Part shown: in pieces, positions 51,870-64,000 of the stretch | How positions within the stretch are numbered: the first letter of the stretch is position 1 | How the letters are laid out: the number at the start of each line of letters is the position of its first letter | NCBI RefSeq assembly: GCF_009834535.1 | Contig: NC_045696.1 | Coordinates: 122,204,001-122,268,000 of the forward strand | Direction: 5' to 3' | Length of the DNA stretch: 64,000 nucleotides | DNA from: Camelus ferus | Taxonomy: Eukaryota | Position numbers and translations under genes: made by a program | The notes under the pieces: generated by a model | Database searches by the model: none | Seen by the model: the letters and a program-made list of their open reading frames with translations, nothing else | Told to the model about the DNA's origin: nothing

Positions 51870-54310
51870 ATGTGGAGAGACGTTCGTTCATCTAGCACAA
51901 AGGGAAAGGGTTGCAGGAAAAACTTTTACTCTGCTTTCTCAGTCTGTTTCCTAGTGCCGGTTTGAAGTTACTGCAATTTTCACTGTAAAATCGAATTGGA
52001 GCTCATACCTCCCCATATAAATGTATGGACTGGAGTTTGCAAGTGAAAAGAAACTTTGTGTTCCCAACAAGCTAGGTGAAGGACGGCTTTCACACACACA
52101 TATCTCACAGAACTGAGCATGTGGAGAGACTTTCGTTCATCTAGCACAAAGGGTACGGGTTGCAGGAGAAATTTTTACTCTGGTTTCTCAATCTGTTTCT
52201 TGGTGCCGCTGTGAAGTTACTGCAGTTTTCACTGTAAAACCGAGTTGGAGCTCGTACCTCCCCATATATATGTATGGAGTGGAGTTTGCAACTGAAAAGA
52301 AACTTTGTGTTCTCAACAAGCTAGGTGAATGACGGCTTTCACACACACTTATATCTCAGAACTGAGCATGTGGAGAGACTTTCGTTCATCTAGCACAAAG
52401 AGAACGTGTTGCAGAAGAAATTATACTCTAGATTCTCAGTCTGTTTCCTAGTGCCGGTTTGATGTTCCTGCAGTTTACATTGTAAAACACAGTTGGAGCT
52501 GGTACCAACCCATATATATGTATGGAGTGGAGTTTGCAAGTGAAAAGAAACTTTGTGTTCCCAACAAGCTAGGTGAAGGACGGCTTTCACACACACCTCT
52601 CTCTCTGAACTGAGCATGTGGAGAGACGTTCGTTCATCTAGCACAAAGGGAACGGGTTGCAGGAGAATCTTTTACTCTGGTATCTCAGTCTGTTTCCAAG
52701 TGCCGGTTTGAAATTCCTTCAGTTTTTACTGTAAAACCGAGTTGGAGCTCGTACCTCTCCATATATATGTATGTAGTGGAATTTGCAAGTGAAAAGAAAC
52801 TTTGCTTTCCCAAAAAGCTAGGTGAAGGACGGCTTTAACACACTTATCTATCAGAACTGAGCATGTGGAGAGACGTTGGTTCATCTAGCAAAAAGGGAAC
52901 GGGTTGCAGGAGAAACTTTTACTCTGGTTTCTCAGTTTTTTCTTAGTGCCGTTTTGAAGTTCCTGCAGTTTTCACTGTAAAACCGAGTTGGAGCTCGTAC
53001 CTCCCCATATATATGTATGGATTGGAGTTTGCAAGGGAAAGAAACTTTGTGTTCCCAACAAGCTAGGTGAAGGACGGCTTTCACACACACTTATCTCTCA
53101 GAACTGAGCATGTGGAGAGACGTTCGTTCATCTAGCACAAAGGGAACGGGTTGCAGGAGAAACTTTTACTCTGGTATATCAGTCTGTTTCCTATTGCCGG
53201 TTTGAAGTTCCTGCAGTTTTCACTGTAAAACTGATTTGGAGCTCGTACCTCTCCATATATATGTATGGAGTGGAGTTTGCAACTGAAAAGAAACATTGTG
53301 TTCCCAACAAGCTAGGTGAAGGACGGCTTTCACACACACATTCTTCTCAGAACTGAGCATGTGGAAAGACGTTCGTTCATCTAGCACAAAGGGAACGGGT
53401 TGCAGGAGAAACGTTTACTCTGGTTTCTCAATCTGTTTCCTAGAGTCGGTTTGAAATTCCTGCAGTTTTCACTGTAAAACCGAGTTGGTGCTCGTACCTC
53501 CCCATAAATATGTATGGAGTGGAGTTTGCAACTGAATAGAAACTTTGGGTTCCCAACAATCAAGGTGAAGGACGGCTTTCACACACACTTTTCTCTCAGA
53601 AATGACCATGTGGAGAGACGTTCGTTCATCTAGCACAAAGGGAATGTGTTGCAGGAGAAACTATTACTCTGGTTTCTCAGTCTGTTTCCTAGTGCTTGTT
53701 TGAAATTCCTGCATTTTTCACTGTAAATCTGAGTTGGAGCTCGTACCTCCCCGTATATATGTATGGAGTGGAGTTTGCAACTGAAAAGAATCTTTGTGTT
53801 CCCAACAAGCTAGGTGAAGGACGGCTTTCACACACACTTATCTCTCAGAACTGAGCTTGTGGGGAGACGTTCGTTCATCTAACACAAAGGGAACGGGTTG
53901 CAGGAGATACTTTTACTCTGGAATCTCAGTCTGTTTCCTAGTGCCGGTTTGAAGTTCCTGCAGTTTTCACTGTAAAACAGAGTTGGAGCTCGTACCTCCC
54001 CATATATATTTATGGAGTGGAGATAGCTAGTGAAAAGAAACTTTGTGTTCCCAACAAGTTAGATCAATGACGGCTTTCACACACACTTATCTCTCAGAAC
54101 TGAGCATGTGGAGAGATGTACGTTCATCTAGAAAAAATGGATCGGGTTGCAGGAAAAAATTTTACTCTGGTTTCTCAGTCTATTTCCTAGTGCCGGTTAG
54201 AAGTTCCTGCAGTTTTCACTGTAATACCGTGTTGGAGCTCTTACCTCCCCATATATATGTATGGAGTGGAGGTTGAAACTGAAAAGAATCTTTGTGTTCC
54301 CAACAAGCTA
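51870..54310 (+). repeat. Third copy of a ~10-monomer block, 16 monomers (3975 bp) after the copy at ~47900-50335
   Basis: ORFs 49406/53381 and 50068/54043 are offset by 3975 bp; 'agggaaagggttgcaggaaaaacttttactctgct' at 47926 and 51901. Confidence 0.88.
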
Positions 54311-56019
54311 GGTGAAGGACGGCTTTCACACACACTTATCTCTCAGAACTGAGCATGTGGAGAGACGTTCGTTCATCTAGCACAAAGGGAACGGGTTGCA
54401 GGGGAAACTTTTACTCTGGTATCTCAGTATGTTTGTTAGTGCCGGTTTGAAGTTCCTTCAGTTTTCACTGTAAAACCGAGTTGGAGCTCGTACCTCCCCA
54501 TATATATGTATGGAGTGGAATTTGCCACTGAAAAGAAACTTTGTGTTCCCAACAAGCTAGGGGAAGGACGGCTTTCACACACACTTATCTCTCACAACTG
54601 AGCATGTGGAGAGACGTTCGTTCATCTAGCACAAAGGGAATGTGTTGCAAGAGAAACTTTTACTCTGGTTTCTCAGTATGTTTCCTAGTGCCGGTTTGAA
54701 TTTCCTGCAGTTTTCACTGTAAAACCGAGTTGGAGCTCGTACCTCCCCATATATATGTATGGAGTGGAGTTTGCTACTGAACAGAAACTTTGTGTTCCCA
54801 ACAAGCTAGTTGAAGGACGGCTTTCACACACACTTATCTCTCAGAACTGAGCTTGTGGGGAGACGTTCGTTCATTTAAAACAAAGGGAACGGGTTTCTGG
54901 AGAAACTTTTACTCTGGTTTCTCAGTCTGTTTCCTAGAGCCGGTTTGAAGTTCCTGCATTTTTCACTGTAAAATCGAATTGAAGCTCATACATCCCCATA
55001 TATATGTATGGACTGGAGTTTGCAAGTGAAAAGAAACTTTGTGTTCCCAACAAGCTAGGTGAAGGACGGCGTTCACACACACTTATCTCTGAGAAATGAG
55101 CAGGTGGGGAGACGTTCGTTCATTTAACACAAAGGGAACCGGTTGGAGGAGAAACTTTTAGTCTGGTTTCTAAGTCTGTTTCCTAGTGCCGATTTGAAGT
55201 TCCTGCAGTTTTCAATGTAAAACCGAGTTGGAGCTCGTACCTCCCCATATATATGTATGGATTGGAATTTGCAACTGAAAAGAAACTTTGTTTTCCCAAC
55301 AATCTATTTGAAGGACGGTTCTCACACACACTTATCTCTCAGAACTGAGCATGTGGAGAGATGTTCGTTTATCTAGCACAAGGGGAACGTGTTGCAGAAG
55401 AAGTTATACTGTAGATTCTCACTCTGTTTCCTAGTGCCGGTTTGAATTTCCTGCAATTTTCACTGTAAAACCGAGTTGGAGCTCGTACCTCCCCATATAT
55501 ATGTATGGAGTGGAGTTTGCAAATGAAAAGCAACTTTGTGTTCAAACAAGCTAGGTGAAGGAAGGCTTTCACACACACCTATCTCTCAGAACTGAGCATA
55601 TGGAGAGACGTTCGTTCATCTAGCACAATGGGAACGGGTTGCAGGAGAATCTTTTACTCTGGTTTCTCAGTCTGTTTCCTAGTGCCGGTTTGAAGTTCCT
55701 GCAGTTTCCACTGTAAAACCGATTTGGTGCTCGTACCTCCCCATAAATATGCATGGAGTGGAGTTTGCAACTGAATAGAAACTTTGGGTTCCCAACAAGC
55801 AAGGTGAAGGAAGGCTTTCACACACACATTCTGTCAGAACTGACCATGTGGAAAGACGTTCGTTCATCTTGCAAAAGGGAACGGGTTGCAAGAGAAACAT
55901 TTACTCTGGAATTTCAGTCTGTTTCCTAGTGCCGTTTGGAAGTTCCTGCAGTTTTCACTGTAAAACCGAGTTGGAGCTCGTACCTCCCCATATATATGTA
56001 TGGAGTAGAATTTGCCACT

Positions 56020-59000
56020 GAAAAGAAACTTTGTGTTCCCAACAAGCTAGGTGAAGGACGGCTTTCACACACACTTATCTCTCAGAACTGAGCATGTGGA
56101 GAGACGTTCGTTCATCTAGCACAAAGGGAATGTGTTGCAAGAGAAACTTTTACTCTGGTTTCTCAGTCTGTTTCCTAGTGCCGGTTTGAAGTTCCTGCAG
56201 TTTTCACTGTAAAACTGAGTTGGAGCTCGTACCTCCCCATATATATGTATGGAGTGGAGTTTGCAACTGAAAAGAAACTTTGTGTTCCCAACAAGCTAGG
56301 TGAAGGACGGCTTTCACACACAATTATCTCTCAGAACTGAGCTTCTGGGGAGACGTTCGTTCATTTAAACATAGGGAACGGGTTTCTGGAGAAACTTTAA
56401 CTCTGGTTTCTCAGTCTGTTTCCTAGTGCCGGTTTGAAGTTCCTGCAGTTTTCACTGTAAAATCGAATTGAAGCTCATACCTCCCCATATATATGTATGG
56501 ACTGGAGTTTGCAAGTGAAAAGAAACTTTGTGTTCCCAACAAGCTAAATTAAGGAAGGCTTTCACACATACATAACTCACAGAACTGAGCATGTGGAGAG
56601 ACTTTCGTTCATCTAGCACAAAGGGAACGGGTTGCAGAAGAAATTATACTCTAGATTCTCAGTCTGTTTCCTAGTGCCTGTTTGAAGTTCCTGCAATTTT
56701 CACTGTAAAACTGAGTTGGAGCTCGTACCTCCCCATATATATGTATGGAGTGGAGTTTGTAAGTGAAAAGAAACTTTGTGTTCCCAACAAGCTAAGTGAA
56801 GACGGCATTCACACACATTTATCTCTGAGAACTGAGCAGGTGGGGAGACGTTCGTTCATTTAACACAAGTGGAACCGGTTGCAGGAGAAACTTTTACTCT
56901 GGTTTCTCAGTCTGTTTCCTAGTGCCGGTTTGAAGTTCCTGCAGTTTTCACTGTAAAAGCGAGTTGGAGCTCGTACCTCCCCATTTATGTAAGGAGTGGA
57001 TTTTCCAAGTTAAAGAAACTTTGTGTTCCCAACAAGCTAGGTGAAGGACGGGTTTCACACACAATTTTCTCTCAGAAGTGAGCATGTGGAGAGACGTTCG
57101 TTTATCTAGCACAGAGGGAACGGGTTGCCGGAGAAACTTTTACTCTGGTTTCTCAGTCTGTTTCCTAGTGCCGGTTTGAAGTTCCTGCAGTTTTCACTGT
57201 AAAACCGATTTGGAGATCATACCTCCCCATATATATGTATGGAGTGGAGTTTGCAAGTGAAAAGAAACTTTGATTTCCCCACAAGCTAGGTGAAGGACGG
57301 CTTTCACACTCACATTCTTCTCAGAACTGAGCATGTGGAAAGACGTTCGTTCATCTAGCACAATGGTAACGGGTTGCAGGAGAAACGTTTACTCTGGTTT
57401 CTCAATCTGTTTCCTAGAGTCGGTTTGAAGTTCCTGCAGTTTTCACTGTAAAACCGAGTTGGAGCTCGTACCTCCCCATATATATGTATGGAGTAGAATT
57501 TGCCACTGAAAAGAAACTTTGTGTTCCCAACAAGCTAGTTGAAGGACGGCTTTCACACACACTTATCTCTCAGACCTGAGCATGTGGAGAGACGTTCGTT
57601 CATCTAGCACAAAGGGAATGTGTTGCAAGAGAAACTTTTACTCTGGTTTCTCAGTCTGTTTCCTAGTTCCGGTTTGAAGTTCCTGCAGTTTTCACTGTAA
57701 AACGTGTTGGAGCTCGTACCTCCCCATATATATGTATGGAGTGGAGTTTGCAACTGAAAAGAAACTTTGTGTTCCCAAGAAGCTATGTGAAGGACGGCTT
57801 TCACAAACACTTATCTCTCAGAACTGAGCTTGTGGGGAGACGTTCGTTCATTTAAAACATAGGGAACGGGTTTCTGGAGAAACTTTAACTCTGGTTCCTC
57901 AGTCTGTTTCCTAGTGCCGGTTTGAAGTTCCTGCAGTTTTCACTGTAAAATCGAATTGAAGCTCATACCTCCCCATATATATGTATGGACTGTAGTTTGC
58001 AAGTGAAAAGAAACTTTGTGTTCCCAACAAGCTAGGTGAAGGACGCCTTTCACACATACATATCCCACAGAACTGAGCATGTGGAGAGACGTTCGTTCAT
58101 CTAGCACAAAGGGAACGGTTTGCAGAAGAAATTATACTCTAGATTCTCAGTCTGTTTCCTAGTGCCTGTTTGAAGTTCCTGCAGTTTTCACTGTAAAACT
58201 GAGTTGGAGCTCGTACCTCCCCATATATATGTATGGAGTGGAGTTTGTAAGTGAGAAGAAACTTTGTGTTCCCAACAAGCTAGGTGAAGGACGGCATTCA
58301 CACACACTTATCTCTGAGAACTGAGCAGGTGGGGAGACGTTCGTTCATTTAACACAAAGGGAACCGGTTGCAGGAGAAACTTTTACTCTGGTTTCTCAGT
58401 CTGTTTCCTAGTGCCGGTTTGACGTTCCTGCAGTTTTCACTGTAAAAGCGAGTTGGAGCTCGTACCTCCCCATTTATGTAAGGAGTGGATTTTCCAAGTT
58501 AAAAGAAACTTTGGGTTCCCAACAAGCAAGGTAAGGAAGGCTTTCACACACACTTTCTCTCAGAACTGACCATGTGGAAAGACGTTCGTTCATCTTGCAA
58601 AAAGGGAACGGGTTGCAGGAGAAACTTTTCATCTGGAATCTCAGTCTGTTTCCTAGTGCCGGTTTGAAGTTCCTGCAGTTTTCACTGTAAAACAGATTTG
58701 GAGCTAGTACCTCCCCATATATATTTATGGAGTGGAAATTTCAAGTGAAAAGAAACTTTGTGTTCCCAACAAGATAGATCAAGGACGGCTTTCACACACA
58801 CTTATCTCTCAGAACTGAGCATGTGTAGAGATGTTCGTTCATCTAGAACAAATGGATCGGGTTGCAGGAAAAACTTTTACTCTGGTTTCTCAGTCTTTTT
58901 CCTAGTGCCGGTTAGAAGTTCCGGCAGTTTTCACTGTAATACCGTGTTGGAGATCTTACCTCCCCATATATATGTATGGAGTGGAGTTTGCAACTGAAAA

Positions 59001-62000
59001 GAAACTTTGTGTTCCCAACAAACTACGTGAAGGACGGCTTCACACACACTTATCTCTCAGAACTGAGCATGTGGAGAGACGTTCGTTCATCTAGCACAAA
59101 GGGAACGGGTTGCAGGATAAACTTTTACTCTGGTATCTCAGTTTTTTTCTTAGTGCCTTTTTGAAGTTCCTTCAGTTTTCACTGTAAAACCGAATTGGAG
59201 CTCGTGCCTCCCTTTCTATATGTATGGAGTGGAGTTTGCAACTGAAAAGAAACTTTGTGTTCCCCACAAGCTAGATCAAGGACGGCTTTCAAACACACTT
59301 ATCTCCCAGAACTGAGCATGTGGAGAGACGTACGTTCATCTAGCACAAAGGGAACGGGATGCAGGAGAAACATTTACTCTGGTATCTAAGTCTGTTTCCT
59401 AGTGCCTGTTTGAAGTTCCTGCAGTTTTCACTGTAAAACCGATTTTGAGCTAGTACAACCCCATATATATGTATGTAGTGGAGTTTGCAAGTGAAAAGAA
59501 ACTTTGCTTTCCCAAAAAGCTTGGTGAAGGACGGCTTTCACACACACCTTTCTCTCAGATCTGAGCATGTGGAGAGACGATGGTTCATGTAGCACAAAGG
59601 GAACGGGTTGCAGGAGAAACTTTTACTCAGTTTTCTCAGTCTTTTTCCTAGTGCCGGTAAGAAGTTACTGCAGTTTTCACTGTAAAACCGAGTTGGAGCT
59701 CGTACCTCCCCAAATATATGTATGGAGTGGAATATGCAAGTGAAAAGAAACTTTGTGTTCCCAACAAGCTAGGTGAAGGACGGCTTTCACACACACATTT
59801 CTCTCAGAAATGACCATGTGGAGAGACGTTCGTTCATCTTGCAAAAAGGGAACGGTTTGCAGGAGAAACTTTTTCTCTGGTTTCTCAGTCTGTTTCCTAG
59901 AGTCGGTTTGAAGTTCCTGCAGTTTTCACTGTAAAACCGAGTTGGTGCTCGTACCTCCCCATAAATATGTATGGCTTGGAGTTTGCAACTGAATAGAAAC
60001 TTTGGGTTCCCAACATTCAAGGTGAAGGACGGCTTTCACACACACTTTTCTCTCAGAAATGACCATGTGGAGAGACGTTCGTTCATCTTGCAAAAAGGGA
60101 ACGGGTTGCAGGAGAATCTTTTACTCTGGTTTCTCAGTCAGTTTCCTAGTGCCGGTTGAAGTTCCTGCAGTTTTCAATGTAAAACCAAGTTGGAGCTCGA
60201 ACCTCCCCATATATATGTATGGAGTGGAATTTGCAACTGAAAAGAAACTTTGTGTTCCCAACAAGCTAGGTGAAGGACGGCTTTCACACACACTTATCTC
60301 TCAGAACTGAGCATGTGGAGAGACGTTCGTTCATCTAGCACAAAGGGAATGTGTTGCAAGAGAAACTTTTACTCTGGTTTCTCAGTCTGTTTCCTAGTGC
60401 CGGTTTGAAGTTCCTGCAGTTTTCACTGTAAAACTGAGTTGGAGCTCGTACCTCCCCATATATATGTATGGAGTGGAGTTTGCAACTGAAAAGAAACTTT
60501 GTGTTCCCAACAAGCTAGGTGAAGGACGGCTTTCACACACAATTATCTCTCAGAACTGAGCTTCTGGGGAGACGTTCGTTCATTTAAAACATAGGGAACG
60601 GGTTTCTGGAGAAACTTTAACTCTGGTTTCTCTGTCTGTTTCCTAGTGCCGGTTTGAAGTTCCTGCAGTTTTCACTGTAAAATCGAATTGAAGCTCATAC
60701 CTCCCCATATATATGTATGGACTGGAGTTTGCAAGTGAAAAGAAACTTTGTGTTCCCAACAAGCTAAATTAAGGAAGGCTTTCACACATACATAACTCAC
60801 AGAACTGAGCATGTGGAGAGACTTTCGTTCATCTAGCACAAAGGGAACGGGTTGCAGAAGAAATTATACTCTAGATTCTCAGTCTGTTTCCTAGTGCCTG
60901 TTTGAAGTTCCTGCAATTTTCACTGTAAAACTGAGTTGGAGCTCGTACCTCCCCATATATATGTATGGAGTGGAGTTTGTAAGTGAAAAGAAACTTTGTG
61001 TTCCCAACAAGCTAAGTGAAGACGGCATTCACACACATTTATCTCTGAGAACTGAGCAGGTGGGGAGACGTTCGTTCATTTAACACAAGTGGAACCGGTT
61101 GCAGGAGAAACTTTTACTCTGGTTTCTCAGTCTGTTTCCTAGTGCCGGTTTGAAGTTCCTGCAGTTTTCACTGTAAAAGCGAGTTGGAGCTCGTACCTCC
61201 CCATTTATGTAAGGAGTGGATTTTCCAAGTTAAAGAAACTTTGTGTTCCCAACAAGCTAGGTGAAGGACGGGTTTCACACACAATTTTCTCTCAGAAGTG
61301 AGCATGTGGAGAGACGTTCGTTCATCTAGCACAATGGTAACGGGTTGCAGGAGAAACGTTTACTCTGGTTTCTCAATCTGTTTCCTAGAGTCGGTTTGAA
61401 GTTCCTGCAGTTTTCACTGTAAAACCGAGTTGGAGCTCGTACCTCCCCATATATATGTATGGAGTAGAATTTGCCACTGAAAAGAAACTTTGTGTTCCCA
61501 ACAAGCTAGTTGAAGGACGGCTTTCACACACACTTATCTCTCAGACCTGAGCATGTGGAGAGACGTTCGTTCATCTAGCACAAAGGGAATGTGTTGCAAG
61601 AGAAACTTTTACTCTGGTTTCTCAGTCTGTTTCCTAGTTCCGGTTTGAAGTTCCTGCAGTTTTCACTGTAAAACGTTGTTGGAGCTCGTACCTCCCCATA
61701 TATATGTATGGAGTGGAGTTTGCAACTGAAAGAAACTTTGTGTTCCCAACAAGCTAGGTGAAGGACGCCTTTCACACATACATATCCCACAGAACTGAGC
61801 ATGTGGAGAGACGTTCGTTCATCTAGCACAAAGGGAACGGTTTGCAGAAGAAATTATACTCTAGATTCTCAGTCTGTTTCCTAGTGCCTGTTTGAAGTTC
61901 CTGCAGTTTTCACTGTAAAACTGAGTTGGAGCTCGTACCTCCCCATATATATGTATGGAGTGGAGTTTGTAAGTGAGAAGAAACTTTGTGTTCCCAACAA

Positions 62001-64000
62001 GCTAGGTGAAGGACGGCATTCACACACACTTATCTCTGAGAACTGAGCAGGTGGGGAGACGTTCGTTCATTTAACACAAAGGGAACCGGTTGCAGGAGAA
62101 ACTTTTACTCTGGGTTCTCATTCTGTTTCCTAGTGCCGGTTTGACGTTCCTGCAGTTTTCACTGTAAAATCGAGTTGGAGCTCGTACCTCCCCATTTATG
62201 TAAGGAGTGGATTTTCCAAGTTAAAAGAAACTTTGGGTTCCCAACAAGCAAGGTAAAGGAAGGCTTTCACACACAATTTCTCTCAGAACTGACCATGTGG
62301 AAAGACGTTCGTTCATCTTGCAAAAAGGGAACGGGTTGCAGGAGAAACTTTTCATCTGGAATCTCAGTCTGTTTCCTAGTGCCCGTTTGAAGTTCCTGCA
62401 GTTTTCACTGTAAAACAGATTTGGAGCTAGTACCTCCCCATATATATTTATGGAGTGGAAATTGCAAGTGAAAAGAAACTTTGTGTTCCCAACAAGATAG
62501 ATCAAGGACGGCTTTCACACATCTTATCTCTCAGAACTGAGCATGTGTAGAGATGTTCGTTCATCTAGAACAAATGGATCGGGTTGCAGGAAAAACTTTT
62601 ACTCTGGTTTCTCAGTCTTTTTCATAGTGCCGGTTAGAAGTTCCGGCAGTTTTCACTGTAATACCGTGTTGGAGATCTTACCTCCCCATATATATGTATG
62701 GAGTGGAGTTTGCAACTGAAAAGAAACTTTGTGTTCCCAACAAACTACGTGAAGGACGGCTTCACACACACTTATCTCTCAGAACTGAGCATGTGGAGAG
62801 ACGTTCGTTCATCTAGCACAAAGGGAACGGGTTGCAGGATAAACTTTTACTCTGGTATCTCAGTTTTTTTCTTAGTGCCTTTTTGAAGTTCCTTCAGTTT
62901 TCACTGTAAAACCGAATTGGAGCTCGTGCCTCCCTTTCTATATGTATGGAGTGGAGTTTGCGACTGAAAAGAAACTTTGTGTTCCCCACAAGCTAGATCA
63001 AGGACGGCTTTCACACACACTTATCTCTCAGAACTGAGCATGTGGAGAGACGTACGTTCATCTAGCACAAAGGGAACGGGATGCAGGAGAAACATTTACT
63101 CTGGTATCTAAGTCTGTTTCCTAGTGCCTGTTTGAAGTTCCTGCAGTTTTCACTGTAAAACCGAGTTTGAGCTAGTACAACCCCATATATATGTATGTAG
63201 TGGAGTTTGCAAGTGAAAAGAAACTTTGCTTTCCCAAAAAGCTTGGTGAAGGACGGCTTTCACACACACCTTTCTCTCAGATCTGAGCATGTGGAGAGAC
63301 GATGGTTCATGTAGCACAAAGGGAACGGGTTGCAGGAGAAACTTTTACTCAGTTTTCTCTGTCTTTCTCCTAGTGCCGGTATGAAGTTACTGCAGTTTTC
63401 ACTGTAAAACCGAGTTGGAGCTCGTACCTCCCCAAATATATGTATGGAGTGGAATATGCAAGTGAAAAGAAACTTTGTGTTCCCAACAAGCTAGGTGAAG
63501 GACGGCTTTCACACACACATTTCTCTCAGAAATGACCATGTGGAGAGACGTTCGTTCATCTTGCAAAAAGGGAACGGTTTGCAGGAGAAACTTTTTCTCT
63601 GGTTTCTCAGTCTGTTTCCTAGAGTCGGTTTGAAGTTCCTGCAGTTTTCACTGTAAAACCGAGTTGGTGCTCGTACCTCCCCATAAATATGTATGGCTTG
63701 GAGTTTGCAACTGAATAGAAACTTTGGGTTCCCAACATTCAAGGTGAAGGACGGCTTTCACACACACTTTTCTCTCAGAAATGACCATGTGGAGAGACGT
63801 TCGTTCATCTTGCAAAAAGGGAACGGGTTGCAGGAGAATCTTTTACTCTGGTTTCTCAGTCAGTTTCCTAGTGCCGGTTGAAGTTCCTGCAGTTTTCAAT
63901 GTAAAACCAAGTTGGAGCTCGAACCTCCCCATATATATGTATGGAGTGGAATTTGCAACTGAAAAGAAACTTTGTGTTCCCAACAAGCTAGGTGAAGGAC
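56020..64000 (+). repeat. 17-monomer HOR unit (~56020-60240) followed by a 15-monomer variant (~60240-63960)
   Basis: Offsets step from 4220 ('agctaaattaaggaagg' 56542/60762) to 3971 ('caatggtaacggg' 57361/61332) to 3722 ('ggacgcctttcacacatac' 58041/61763; ORFs 58976/62698 and 59787/63509). Confidence 0.92.

Larger units (their letters stand above)
39278..64000 (+). repeat. Tandem satellite array, same ~248-249 bp family and orientation, ~99 copies, subfamily R (GGAGCTCGTAC, frequent GCAAGTG)
   Basis: Same monomer, but most copies carry GAGCTC (first at 39565-39570) where left-side copies have GAGCTA/GAGCTT. Many have tgcaagtgaaaag instead of tgcaactgaaaag. Confidence 0.97.

Noticed and set aside
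2781..63881. More than 100 short ORFs (60-103 aa) on both strands with recurring similar peptides
   Set aside because: They are chance open frames of the satellite monomer, mostly ending at recurring TAG/TGA in the repeat. None is much longer than one monomer, frames differ between copies, and no domain is recognisable.
1..64000. CRISPR-like or repeat-spacer array
   Set aside because: The whole 249 bp unit is repeated; there are no unique spacers and no cas genes.
1..64000. Transposon insertion, inversion or tandem RNA-gene cluster (5S, tRNA, snRNA)
   Set aside because: Monomer phase and orientation are continuous on each side of the gap, and I recognised no RNA-gene sequence or Pol III box in the monomer.

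Overview
The whole 64 kb window is one head-to-tail, single-orientation tandem satellite with a ~248-249 bp monomer (~257 copies), interrupted only by a 100-N scaffold gap (39178-39277). I found no genes, transposon insertions or inversions; the short ORFs are repeat by-products. It looks like eukaryotic (peri)centromeric satellite DNA. The interest is its hierarchical organisation. Left of the gap (subfamily 'GGAGCTAGTAC'), a near-identical 26-mer higher-order repeat (HOR, ~6.46 kb, ~3.3 copies) is flanked by diverged monomers carrying local 2-, 4-, 6- and 7-mer duplications. Right of the gap, a different subfamily ('GGAGCTCGTAC', GCAAGTG) shows 30-mer and 16-mer periodicities, plus a 17-mer whose second copy has lost two single monomers and is a 15-mer. 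I saw no canonical CENP-B box, but the monomer has TTCG and CGGG half-sites 20 nt apart and many short dyad symmetries. All periods were measured by eye from diagnostic variants and the ORF track, so boundaries are approximate.
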